A DNA stretch of 40,665 nt from Fonticula alba ATCC 38817. Its lineage: Eukaryota; Protista; Nucleariida. Under the pieces are notes generated by a model, which made no database searches, had not been told where the DNA came from, and saw nothing but the letters and a program-made list of their open reading frames with translations. Location of the stretch: assembly GCA_000388065.2 (NCBI GenBank), contig KB932208.1. One strand, 5' to 3'. The position numbers were made by a program, and so were the translations under genes. The first letter of the stretch is position 1; every line of letters begins with the position of its first letter. Below are positions 24,543-36,171 of the stretch, piece after piece.

Positions 24543-25038
24543 ATGGTGAGCCCGGCATTCTGGCGCTACTCGGGCATGGCCCTGGGCGTGCTGGCGGCCC
24601 TGTCGGCCGGCACGTCCTACGTCTTCCCGGCCTACTATACGGATATCCAGCAGAGTCTCGGCTATTCGGACACGGAGATGGCGGTCATTTCGGGTGTCGG
24701 CAACAATGGGCTCTACCTGGCCGGCGTGCCGCTCGGGATGCTGATCGCCTCCTTCGGGCCAAAGGTGCGGCCTGGCCGATGTCCCCGTGCTCGTGAGGTC
24801 TGCCCCCCTTCCCCTCGGTGGGGCCGTTCCATTTTTCTGACCTCCTGCCGTTCGTTTTTGGTGACCCCCGCCAGCCGGCGGCCCTACTTGCTGCCGGCTT
24901 TGTCGGCATGGGGTATTTGATGATGTCTCACTCCATGGAGGGCACCTTCGGGAGCGTGTCCTTCCTGCTTTTCACCTTCTTCTTTGCGATTGTCGGTGTG
25001 GGTTCGGCATCGGTGCGTGATTCTGTCAGGGCCAAGAG

Positions 25039-25074
<36 letters not shown>

Positions 25075-27243
25075 AGCCAGGGGGGGGGAAGAAAGAAAGA
25101 GACAGAAGAGCAAGAAGAAGAGCAACAAGAAGAAAAGGAGGAGCGCACCTTGATCGAGACATTCCGACGCTCGCGGATGACACGGCCCAGCTCGATGATG
25201 CGCTGCATGGAGCCCATGGCGCGCTCCATCTCCGGATCGAAGTAGGCCGGGTTCGGCACGGGGAAGGAGGGAGAGGCCTGGATGTTTCTGCCCAGTCCCC
25301 GGAGAGCGGCGGGTGCGTTACTTCGGCGATGACCCCCCCCCCCCCCCCCCCCCCCCTCGGCCCTCCTATGGGCTCCCTGCCTCCCCTTGCTCCCGTTGCT
25401 TGGCCCCAAAGACGCGCGCCGATTGACATCTCGCCATAGCTGAATCTCGCTACACTGACGACCAACACCCGGAACCTGCCGGCCCATCATACGGGGCTCG
25501 TGACCGGGGCCACTGCCGCTCTCTTTGGGCTGAGTTCCCTGGTGTTCACGCAGATCCTCACGCATCTGTTTGCCCAGCCGGTGCTGACGCCCCCGCCCGG
25601 CTGGCTGCCGGCTCTGGGAGATTCAGGCGGAACACCGGGGTTCCTGCAGTTTTGCGCCTTCTGGGTCCTGGGCATCGGCGTCGCCGGGGGGATTCTCTTT
25701 AAGTTTGTCGGGCCACCAGGCTCGTCGAATCCCCTGGCCGGAGGCATTTCCCCGTCGCCCGGGCTGGCAGCCGGAACTGGTGGCAGCCTCTTGCTATTGG
25801 ATGATGGCTCTTCCGGCGATTTGACGGACAATGAGGGCGATGGCGACGACGAGGCCAGCTTGACCGGCGGGGGCCGGGCCGAGTCGGCCCCGCTCCTGGT
25901 GTCCCATATGCTCAGCTCCCCGGAGCCCGAGCCCGACGTGCGTCCCTTCTCTTCCCCCGGTCCTCTTTCCGGGCGGCGTTCCAGGGTCCACCTCCTCTCC
26001 ATGCTGTTGACCCTCCTTGCTTCGCCTGGTGCCCCCCCCCCCCGCCGGTTGCGCCTCCCTCCACTCCATCGAGAAGTACCTCTATTGTGAGTCTTCCCCG
26101 AGCACCACAGCCACCATCCGCAGCGAGGGACACGCCAGTGCCATGCTCAAGGAGAGCCGCGCGGCGCATTTCGACTCGTACTGCTGGACCGACCAGGGCG
26201 GCCTGCGGCTGGGTTCCCTGCTCCAGGTGCGTCACCGTCGTGGGGGACACTTTACCTCATCGCGGGCCTTTGCTGATGCGATTATGGCCGGCGTGCCTCC
26301 TACCCCAGACCGTGGACTTTTGGCTGCTCTTTGCCATCATGTGCGGGGCCGCGGGGGCCTCGCTCATGTACAGCACCTCGTACGCCCATAGCCGAAGGCC
26401 GGCATCTGCCCCCTCCCCTCCCCTTTTCCTCGGTTCCCTTGCTGACCGCCTCCCGGGCCGCTCCTTCCAGCATGGGCCGCATCATCAAGCTCCTTGTTCC
26501 GGATGATTCCCAGCGAAGTGGCGACTTGACCCATCTGAATGTGTCGCTGCACTCGGCCGCCTCGTGCCTCGGGCGATTGGGGTCCGGCATCCTGCAAGAT
26601 GTCCTGAGGACGCGGCATGGGGTTCCCCGGCGGCGAACGCTGCTCCTGGGCCCGGGGCTGGTGCTCATCGAGCAGGCAACCATGCTGCTGCTGGTTCCGC
26701 GCATGGGGCCCGACTGGCTGGCCCTGTCGACGGTGGTTGGTGGCCTGGGATTTGGGTGTCTCTTCGCCGCCGTGCCGGCGGCCTGCTGCGAGCTCTTTGG
26801 CCAGCGGAGATACGCGGCCAATTGGAGCGCCGTTTGCATTGGCACGGCCATCGGCGCACAGGCTCTGTCGCTGGTGTTCGGGGCCGTGGTCGACGCCGGG
26901 AACAACGCCGGGTGCTCGGGATTCAGCTGCTTCCGGGACGCGTACCTCGCGTCGGCGGTTTGCGTGCGTGGCTTCTGGCTGTTTTCCGTTGGATGTGCTG
27001 CCTGCTTTTCCGTACACCTGCATGTCCTCTAACGCCCTGGACTGCCTCCGGTTCTCCTGTCCCATGCTTGTCCCTCCCTCGCCTGTGTCTGCCTGTGTCT
27101 GCCTGTGCACGTATGCGGGCTCCCCCTGAACCATACGCCAGTCGGCCTTGGCATTCGGCCTGGCTCTGTGGCTCTTCGCCCGACGTGCACACCCGGATCG
27201 CGCGCCGGCCTCCTGTACCACCGAGGAGCTGGGTCTCCTGTGA
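24543..27243 (+). CDS. Nodulin-like / Mch1-like major facilitator superfamily transporter, 7 exons, ~557 aa
   Basis: Exons 24543-24764, 24875-25012, 25440-25937, 26077-26226, 26309-26379, 26471-26963, 27142-27243 total 1674 nt in frame. Motifs: GTSYVFPAYYTDIQQSLGYS...GNNGLYLAGVPLG, TRNLPAHHTGLVTG..AALFGLSSLVF, VDFWLLFAIM, SCLGRLGSGILQD, ELFGQRRYAANW, GCSGFSCFRDAY. About 12 hydrophobic segments flank a central acidic loop. Confidence 0.88.
25149..25277 (-). other. IARS1: Isolated exon of cytosolic isoleucyl-tRNA synthetase, antisense inside MFS intron 2
   Basis: Minus-strand translation ASPSFPVPNPAYFDPEMERAMGSMQRIIELGRVIRERRNVSIK matches the eukaryotic IleRS anticodon-binding region (yeast-like EYFDEAIE.AVSRMQSVI.LGR.IREKK.ISLK). 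It is followed by a GTGCGC donor and a CT-rich minus-strand intron that ends in a homopolymer. Confidence 0.85.
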
Positions 27244-27659
27244 AAGGGGGGCGCCAGGCGGGCGCATGCATTTTTTTTATTGAGGGCGACCAAAATAAGA
27301 CATACTAGAGTTGACAACGCACCTGGGTGTCCGGGAGATCACGGGGCGAAGGTGGCCGAGCGTAACCCTATATCTCTCCTCGTGATTCGGTCACACCGGT
27401 GTGGGATTGCCACTGCCATGCCGAGGCAACTCCAGCCCTGCGGCCATGAGACCGTTATGACATGCCATTCTGGGGAGTTCTCCATTTGCGTGCGTGCTTT
27501 GTCCCAGCGTCCAGCCCTTGTCGCGGTTTCAGGCCAGGCAGACGTGGGTGCCTTCTCGCTCGCTTGCCCTCCTGGGCATTTTCCCCTCTGCCCCCGGTCC
27601 GTTCCGTGTTGGTCTCCCTCCGTGAGCACCAGCCCACCGGTGTGGACACCAGGGCGATT

Positions 27660-27663
<4 letters not shown>

Positions 27664-27694
<31 letters not shown>
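27664..27694 (+). repeat. (GT)n microsatellite
   Basis: Direct reading. Confidence 0.9.
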
Positions 27695-27695
<1 letters not shown>

Positions 27696-28377
27696 GCGCG
27701 ACAGTGAAGGGGACAAACACACTAATAGCCTGGTAAATATTAGCCGAGTATTGGACAGCTCGATGGGCTGGCCTACTGCCAATGGGCAGAGCACACAGCT
27801 GCCATCGCCACCCCGAGAGCGCCGGCATCTCCCCGGCCCCAAGCCATTCCTCTCGAAACACATGACGCCCCGGCGAGGAGGCTTGGCCTCCGGGTCCGTT
27901 TGCCCGTTCTCCCGCTCCCTGAAGGGGGGAGGCCGGAAAAAGGCTCTTTGATGGCGGGTCATCCCGACCTGACCCCCACGGCCGCGCCCCGCCTTCGCGG
28001 CTGGCGCCCGGCGATCCGGGTCCCCCCTCGCCTTGGCCTCTTTCTTCCCTCGGACTTGCATGGGCGGCGGCTCCTCGGGGGGGGGGGGGCCGGGGAAGGT
28101 TGTCGGTGTCTGGGCTAGACCAATGCGCGGATTTTAATTGGTTCTCGTCCGTGTCTGACACAGGGGGAAATGCCAGACCACACGATGTGCCAAGGGGAGG
28201 GGGCGGGGTCTGCCCGCATGTGGGGCACCTTCGGGCACACGCAGCAAGGTTTGTGTGTGCGTACGAGCGGTCCCCAGGGGGTGGGAACAGGATGAATGAT
28301 GCGCGTCACTCACGTTGCCGCAGCGGGCAATGAGCCACTGGGCTGGCTGTCCAGGGGGCACGGGTGTGGGCCTACGG

Positions 28378-28382
28378 GATGC

Positions 28383-28420
<38 letters not shown>
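28378..28420 (+). repeat. (GCGT)n tetranucleotide microsatellite
   Basis: About 10 tandem gcgt units. Confidence 0.9.
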
Positions 28421-28421
<1 letters not shown>

Positions 28422-29486
28422 GCGCGCCGGGGTGTTGGTGCGTAGACGGTGTCGGTGCAGGGGGTTATGCCCCCCCCCCGCCCCGACCAGATGGTTGGCG
28501 TCTATTCTGCCACTGGGGGGCGGGGGGGCTGCCCAGCGGGGGAGGAGCGACCCAGTGAGCGTACCGGCGGCGCAGCGGTGGATTCGGTGTCCGGTGTGGG
28601 AACTCCGCAGCCGCCTGGCACTCTGGCCGCCTGTCGCAGGGGGGGCACCTGTTGGGATCCCCAAAGCGGGCCGGCAGCCAATGTTGCTGGCGATGGGTCG
28701 GAGCCTTGCCAGCCTCCGAGGCGTGCATCATCCTGCCCCCCGGAGGGGGCCTTGTTGTGTTCCGCCCCCCTCCCTTGCCTGTTCGGCTGGCTTGTCTCGG
28801 CTTCCATCTCTTCCTCTCGCCTGGGAGATGTCCCCGTGAGGGCGGCGGGCGTTTAATTCCGGCGCACTGTCACCAAGCACTTCCCCTCTTTCCCTCCCCC
28901 CCTCTCTCACATTCGTTTTCCTGGTGCTTCGCTCTCTCTCTCTCTCTCTCTCCCTCCCACTCTTGGGGACATATGCCCTTTCCCTTGGTCCTGTGTGCAT
29001 GGTTCCTGTCTGTGAGCCTCGAAAATGGCTGGCCGCTCCTTTCTCTCCAGCCGCCCAGGGGGGGGGGGTGGATCGCGTGCTTGGACGGCCGGGGGGGGGG
29101 GAGGGACGATGGCTTTTTCGACCGGAGGAGGCGTGTCAGACGGGAAGGTGCGCCACACTTGCGGGGGTGCACTTCCACTTGGGCGGCCCGTGCTCCTTTG
29201 AATGGCGCATGTAGCCAGCCACCGTCTTTTCCAGGAACTCCTCGGCCCTTGGGGAGACGCGCGGTGCACACGCGGCTCTGCCCCCCTTGCCCGAGGGCCC
29301 CCGAATGGATGAACCGATCCCGCCCCCCCCCCCCCCCGACCGCGTCGACTGGGGGTTTTCCATGATCCACCTCTCGGGGCAAGGACGGGCCGGGAGAGCG
29401 AACGACGCACAACATGTCACCTGCGAATGAGCCCGGCTCGGGGAGAGCCGACTCCCCGAGGTGTGGATCAAAGCCCAAAGCCCGAC

Positions 29487-29490
<4 letters not shown>

Positions 29491-29530
<40 letters not shown>
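29491..29530 (+). repeat. (CT)n microsatellite
   Basis: About 20 tandem ct units. Confidence 0.9.
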
Positions 29531-29534
<4 letters not shown>

Positions 29535-30688
29535 CGCTCTCCCGCCCAGTGGCGGCGTCGTGTCACACGACAGGCTCATATGGGCTGGAGGGCTGGCCCG
29601 CTGGTCGATGATCGATGGGGGCCAGGCATCCCCTGGATCAATCACCGGCAACCGGCGTTTTGGGGGACCACCGCGGCCGACCTTCCCGGAGCGGTGCCCT
29701 GACCCCTGAGACCGAGGGGCCCAAGAGGGGAGGCAAGGGAGCCAGGGCATGGGGGGAGATGGGCCCCGGGCCGCGCTCGGGCACAAATGTGCCACACCCA
29801 AGAGTGTGGCCGGCGATCTCGGCCCGCATACACCTCACGCCGCCGGTGGCCTCTGGCTAGTGCCGGCCGGCCGGTCGGTCGGTCGGTCGGTTGGCCTCGT
29901 CCCGATCCCCCGCCGCGGGGGAGGCCGTTGGGGTGGTGTGAGGCCGGCAGATTGCCCGCCGGCCTCCCCCGCGGCCCCCTCATTTCGCCGTGGAGCTAGT
30001 CAAGGAGCCTTGGGTGCCATCTTGGTTGGCGGTTGCCGGGATGTGTGTTTGTTTTTTTCCCTGCCCTCGTGTGAAACCGCCTCTGGTTGCTGTCTTTTCC
30101 TGTGTGCATGTCTCTCGCTCTCTCGCTCTCTTCATTGGCCCACAGGCCTGTGGCATTTCATGATCCGGGACCACCCTTCTGTCTCGACGTCTCTCAGCTG
30201 CTGCATAGGAGGGGGGCGAAGAGGCTGAGAGAGAGAGAGGGAGACTGATGCGGCGGGGGCGTAAGTGCGCGCGCGCGCGCGCGCGCGCGCACAGGCCCGC
30301 GCGTGAAGAGCAACCAAATAATACGACCCCCTGGCCTGGAGCGCCGCACCTCCTCCCCTGGAAATCCATCACACTCCTCCCCCCTCGCCTGGGTGTTTCT
30401 CGCCTGCCTGTGTGCTCTCCTCCTCCGTGCCAGTGGTGGTTCCCTCATCGCCGTCCGGTTGTCCTCTCTCCTCCTCCCGCCCCCGCCCCCGCCCCCGCCC
30501 CCGCGTCCACCCGCCTTCTTGGGATTGTCTACCTGCCCCGAAGGATCGCCCTGCCTGGCACTCTCGGCTGGCAGCCTCGGATTGTCGGAGCCCATCGTCC
30601 CTTTTGCTCGTCCTCCTTCTCTTCACTTCCTCTCGCATTTCAAGGCCGAGCACCTTTTGTGCTTCTGCATCTTTCGCGCACGCGCTCG

Positions 30689-33600
30689 ATGCCTCGCAAG
30701 CCGGCACATTCGCATCCCGTCGGGGGTGCGCCCTCGTGCTCATGGAAGCTCTTTCGCAACTTGGTACGGGCCTCCATAACCATAACCCCAAAGCCCGGGG
30801 GTTGCCCCATGCCCTCGCCTCCATCTTGCCTGCCTCCTGGCTCCCGCCCACCTGACACCGTCATCCAGAACTCCATGGACTCGGGCACCAATGGCCACTG
30901 CACTCCTGAGGCTTTCCATGTTCACGCATTCCCGGAGCTGCCCTCCTGCCCGGTGGCCCAGGCCATGTCGTCTCGGCACCTGGCCGAGGACTTCACCGTC
31001 GACGAGGGGGTCTCGCGGAGCTGGAACTATGCGGCGGTCGAGGCTGCCAATGAGGTTTCCCGACAGATCATCGAAGCGGCTCTGGCCTCGCGCGTGCGTC
31101 TGCCCGATCTCCCTTGCTGCGTCTGCTCCCTTTGCCCATCGGTGCGGGGCCCCCACCGCTCTTCCCCTCTTGCCCGCTCACTCCCTCCCCCCTCCTTTCT
31201 TTCTCTCTCTCTCTCTCTCTCTCTCGCTCTCTCGCTCTCTCCCCCCCTCTCGGGCATGCGTGCCATGTCAGTACCGGCATCGCCCTGCGGTCCTCGGCGT
31301 GGACTTTGATGTCTGGGCTTATGAGCGGCACGATTTGTATGCCATCGGCCTGATGATCTTCGAAAGCACGGGGCTCCTGTCGCTGCTGGTGCGTGCGCGG
31401 CGCCTTTCAGCCATGCTGCCCGGGAGGCCTTTTCGCCTCGGTCCTCTCGTGCCACTGGCTGACACTTGTGCCTTCACATGCGACGTCCCTCGGTTTCCCC
31501 CCCTCCCCCCCTCCCCTGGGGCTCCCTTCATGCAGGGGCTTTCTCCGCGGGACATCCTGCGCTTCATCGCCTCCGTTGACCGCGGCTACTATGACAACCC
31601 GTACCATTCCTTCCTGCATGGCTTCGATGTCTTCCAGGTTCGCCGCCTCTTTTGCCTCGTGCCGTTGTCCCCCCCCCCCCCCCCCCTCCCCCCCGCCGGC
31701 CAAACTGCTGTCTGACATGTGCCCCTGCCTGGGCCCTGTGCGCGACAGTCCGTGTACCACACCCTTGTGGTTCTCCGTGCGCTTCCCCCGGAGCAGCTCC
31801 CCCCGCTGGAGCTGGCGGCCATTCTTGTGGCGGCTCTGTGCCATGATCTGGCCCATCCCGGGGTGAACAACCTTTTCCATGTGAATGTCCAGTCGACGGT
31901 GGCCATCCGGTACAATGATACCAGCGTGCTGGAGCATCATGCCTGCACGCGGACCTTCGAGCTGCTCCATCGTCATCGGCTCTTCCGGAATCTGTCCCCG
32001 AAGGAGGTGGCCACCATGCGCAGTGTCATCATCAAGAGCATTCTCGCCACCGACATGTCATGTCACTTTGACCAGATGGAGCAACTTCGCCGGCTGGCCG
32101 AGACCAAGTCCCCTCTCGATGGCGAGGTGCACATTTTCACCGACTCCGAGCGTCAGCTCCTGCTGAACAGTGTCCTGCACATGGCCGACATCAGCAACCC
32201 CTGTCGACCGTGGGAGCTCTGCCGCAAGTGGAGTGACCTTGTGGTGGAGGAGTTCTTCCTCCAGGTGCGCCCGGCAGCCTCCTCGCCATGCTCTGCATCT
32301 TTCCCCTGCATCTCTCTCTCTCTCTCTCCCTCGCCCCTCTTTCTCTCTGTGCATCTTCCCTTGGATCCTTCCTCCATTGTGTCCACCCTTGTTTCCGAGC
32401 TCACAGACCCATCCGCTGTTCGCCTCACGCCGTGCATTTGCCGCGCGCGTGCCGAACACCACATGGCCCCTTTCGCAATCAGGGTGACCTGGAAAAGAGT
32501 CTCGGCCTTGCTGTGTCGCCGAACATGGACCGGGACAATGCCTGCCGGGCGGATATAGCCATCGGCTTCATGGACTTCCTCGTGCGACCCTTTGTGGCCA
32601 TCATCGGGGGGCTTATCCCGCGATTTGCTTCGGTCATCCTGCCGCGCTTAGATGAAAACCGAGCTCGTTGGGCTCGACTTCAGGCACAGCACATGATCGC
32701 CGATGGTACGCACGCATCGCAGCCGGCGCCTGGGCTCGGGGGGGGGGGTGTCTTTGTGCTGTCACACACACACACACACACATCTCATGCTTGTCCTTCC
32801 CCCCCCCCTGCTCCTCTTTCATTCATCCTTCTTCCCCCGGCTGACTCATGATCTTGCATGCTTCCCGCCCCTCTCTTTCTGTCTCCATCGACCCATAGAG
32901 GTCCCAGAGTGCTGCTTACAGGCACCCTCTCCACTGCCATATGTTGGCTTCGATGAGGCATACTCTTCGACTGATGTGCTCGGGGATCTCCCTCCCCCGT
33001 CACCCGACGCCGTGGCTCCTGTGGCGGCGATCCCGCCTCCCCTGCTGAAGGAGCCATCCTCCCCGTCACCATCTCTCAGCGATGCGGCGAGCACCTTTCC
33101 GCTGATTTCCTCCTTCGACACCGCGTCGCCCTCGCTTTTGTCGCCATCCCCCTCGCAGGGGAGCATCTCCGCGGCTCCCGCTCCGGAAGTCCCTGCCCAG
33201 CGCCGGGGGTCCCTCAGCTCCACGTCGGCTCTCCTGTCGGCCGGTGGCGAGGTGAAGCTAAGCACCGCCCCCGGAACCATCACCCTGCCTCCGGAGCTGG
33301 TGGCCACCGTCAACGCCGGGTATGCCTATCCTCTGGATTCCGCCTTCCCGATCCTGATGCCTGGATCCCGGCCCGCCTCGACGTGTCCCTTCCTCCACCG
33401 GCTGCATCATCCCAGGTGTGTGATCGGCGCACCTCCCAACCCCGTCACCTACTCATGTCCGGCGATTGGCCGCCATTCTCTGTCTTGTTGCCTCTCTCTC
33501 TCTCTTGCTCTATGTGCTGCTCTCCTAACTTTTGCCTTCCGCCTGGCTGGTCATCCGTGCCACAGTGCCAAGGTCCTTGACGGGTCCAGCGGCGGGGCCC

Positions 33601-35294
33601 ATGTCATCTGCCCCTTCCGCGGCCAATCCCTCCTGGGACCCCACCATTTCCATCATCACCATCATCATGGAGTTGAGGGCCATCCCGGCCTGGCCTTCTC
33701 CCGGCTGTCGATCAACATTTCCCATCCCTATTTGATGCTGGCATTCGGCAACCAGGTGCGTCCATGCCCGCCGAGGTGGGATCCAGCCACCGGCCGCACT
33801 CATGCGGACATCCCCCCCCCCCCCCCCGGCTAACCCCCTGCGCCATGTGGGTTTCTTGCCTTGCCTCCTGGTCCCCCGTGCGTCGGTCTCCCCTCGGGTC
33901 TCTTGCCTTGGCCATTCATCTGAATTCAGTGCGACGTGGCGCCGCCTCTTCTGGAGCTGGCCTGCTCCCTGCTGGCCCTGGACCACCATGACCACGTTTT
34001 CGTGCCGAGTGCCCTGGACAAGATGGACAACTCGCTGGACATCCAGGTTTCCAGGGGCTCCGCTCTTCGGACGCGTGAGATCTGCCGGCTAATGGAGCAG
34101 TTCTGTGCCCAGCGTCTGCCGGACCGCACGGCCAGCCGAGTGCTGCTCGGCACCTCGGCCCTGTGCCATGCGTGCCCGCCTTGCCCACATACCGGCCTCG
34201 TCGGGGAGGCAGACAGCGATGTGCGTCTCTTCAACCTTCTCCCCCCTGTGATCACACACTCCGTCTCTCTCCCTCCCTCTCTCTGCCTCCCCCCTCTCTG
34301 TGCCTCCCTCCTCTCTGTGCCTCCCTCCCTCAATCTCCCTCCCTCCCACTTCTCCTCCTCCCTCCCACTTCTCCTCCTCCCTCCCGTGTTTTCCATGTCT
34401 TTCTGTGCTCCTTCTTGCGCTCCTTCCCCTGCCTTCCAGTCCCATCGCTAACGGGCTGCTACTGATCCCCCTGCGCAGGAGCGCTGCTTCCGGACCCGAG
34501 TGCAAATCGTCTGGCCATTGCCGATCACCGGGCGCCTGAGCACCTGCCAGACGTACGTCCAATGCGCCGAGGCCGCCCGTGTGGAGGCTGCCCTGAAGGC
34601 CGCGGCGTCGATGGCCGCCTCGGCTTCAGCCTCGCGCAACTACCCCGCCTCGGCGGAGACTCGCCCGGCGTTTGAGGCCCCTGCTGCCGCCACGGATGCC
34701 TCTGCCCCGACCGGGGGTGCCGCTTGTCCTGCGTCTGATGCTGCGGCTGATGCCCCTGCGCCTACCGCGGCCATTGGCGAAACGATGCCGATGCCGGCCG
34801 CGTCGCACTCAACACGCTTGGTTGTCGAGTCGGATCCGGCTCCATGCTTGCCCGGCCGGCCGGCCGGCCCTTCCTCGACCCTGTCTCTCCCTTCGTATTT
34901 GGTCCATTCGGATGGCAGCGGCAGCCCGAACTCCTCGACCTTCGGGTCTTCCGGGGCACTGGCCAGCTCGGCCGGCGACTCGAGCGCCTGCTCGTGCGAT
35001 GCAGTCCCGGCTGCCGGATCGTCGCAGCCCACGATTCCCACCTCGCTGGACGGGACGTCTTGCATTGTGTCCGTCCTCCCGGCCTCGGAGGTGGCTCTTT
35101 GTGTGGACTCCGAGGGACGCATCATCCTCGGGCACTTGTCACTGGCCCGGCATGATAGCCCCTTTGACATCTGCGAGGCAGGCTTCCTGTCGGCTGCTGC
35201 GGCTCTCCTGGCCCTGGCTGTTGGCCTGCCCTCATGCTTGTGCCCGGCATCCGAGCACTCAACCTGCCCGAGTGCAATGGCGGTCCAGCAATAG
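30689..35294 (+). CDS. Class I (PDEase_I, HD-fold) cyclic-nucleotide phosphodiesterase with long C-terminal extension, ~10 exons, ~991 aa
   Basis: Exons 30689-30763 (start tentative), 30869-31093, 31272-31388, 31536-31637, 31749-32264, 32483-32705, 32899-33319, 33566-33755, 33930-34220, 34479-35294 total 2976 nt in frame. Motifs: DFDVW, NPYHSFLHGFDVFQ, AALCHDLAHPGVNN, RYNDTSVLE, ILATDMSCH, LHMADISNPCRPW..CRKWSDLVVEEFFLQGDLEK, IGFMDFLVRP. The catalytic exons are secure; the C-terminal exon boundaries are less so. Confidence 0.9.
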
Positions 35295-36171
35295 AGCTTC
35301 TCCCCCTGCCCGACCGCCGAGACTCGCCCGCCGATCGGTCTCCCTCCGCCTACTCTCCTCCCCCTCCATTGCTGGCCTGCTTGCCTCTATTCCCTCCCTC
35401 CCTCCCCCCCCCCTCCCCGCGGTGTCGGCATCTTGTTGTCTATTTTGTTCATATCCTTTCTCATGTCCTTGTTCGCACGATTTCCCCATCCTCCCTCTCT
35501 TTTTCGTTCTTCCTCTCTCCCTCTCTCGTTACTCGCCCGGCGCTTGTCTGGCTCCTTCATCCAATACACCGGCCCACAAAAGGCTCGTCTGTGCTGTGGG
35601 CCACCCCAGGGTCCCCCCCGCCTCCCCTTCCAAGAGGGACCCGGCCACCAGAGGCCAAGATGGCGGGGCCGATCTAGCATGATCACGTGTCCCATTGCGT
35701 CGATCGCCGCCCCCCCCCCCAGCTTCTTGTCATGTTTACCTCGGTGGAGAGGGTGTCCTGTGCGGAGGGGACATGGTGGATGCGTCGGTGCGTGTGTCCC
35801 GGCGTCGAGCGGGGTCGGGCGCCAGCAGACGCATGCAGCGCCCCGCCCCCCCCCTCGCGTATCAAGGGCAATCCTTGCCCCGAGCGGGCTGGCCCTGGTG
35901 TCAGTCTCCAGGGGTGAGCCGGTGCGTCTGGCTGCCGCCATTTGTCCCGATCCCCGGCGGCGGCGGCGGCGCCCAGAGGGGCGGGCATCCCGGGGCGGGG
36001 GGCACCATTCTTCCGGTGCCACTGCCCTGAGCCCGGTCCTCTGAGGCCCCCCATCCATACCCCCCCCCTGTTTCCTACCACGATCCTTCTCTTTTCTACC
36101 CACCTTTTGCCCCTTTCCTCCCCTCCCCCCCTCCTTGCCCCCCTGCGCCTTTCTCTTTCACCTTCGAAGTT

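Noticed and set aside
27339-28061. 240-aa minus-strand ORF downstream of the MFS gene
   Set aside because: Runs through a (CA)n microsatellite and has no motif or codon-bias support.
30261-30294. GTAAGT-(GC)n-ACAG mini-intron-like element of 34 nt
   Set aside because: Much shorter than any supported intron here, with no branch point or pyrimidine tract; probably chance flanks of a (CG)n tract.
33416-33456. Possible extra PDE micro-exon (CVIGAPPNPVTYS)
   Set aside because: Its candidate donor is phase 1 while the next acceptor needs phase 2, so a single 246-nt intron fits better.
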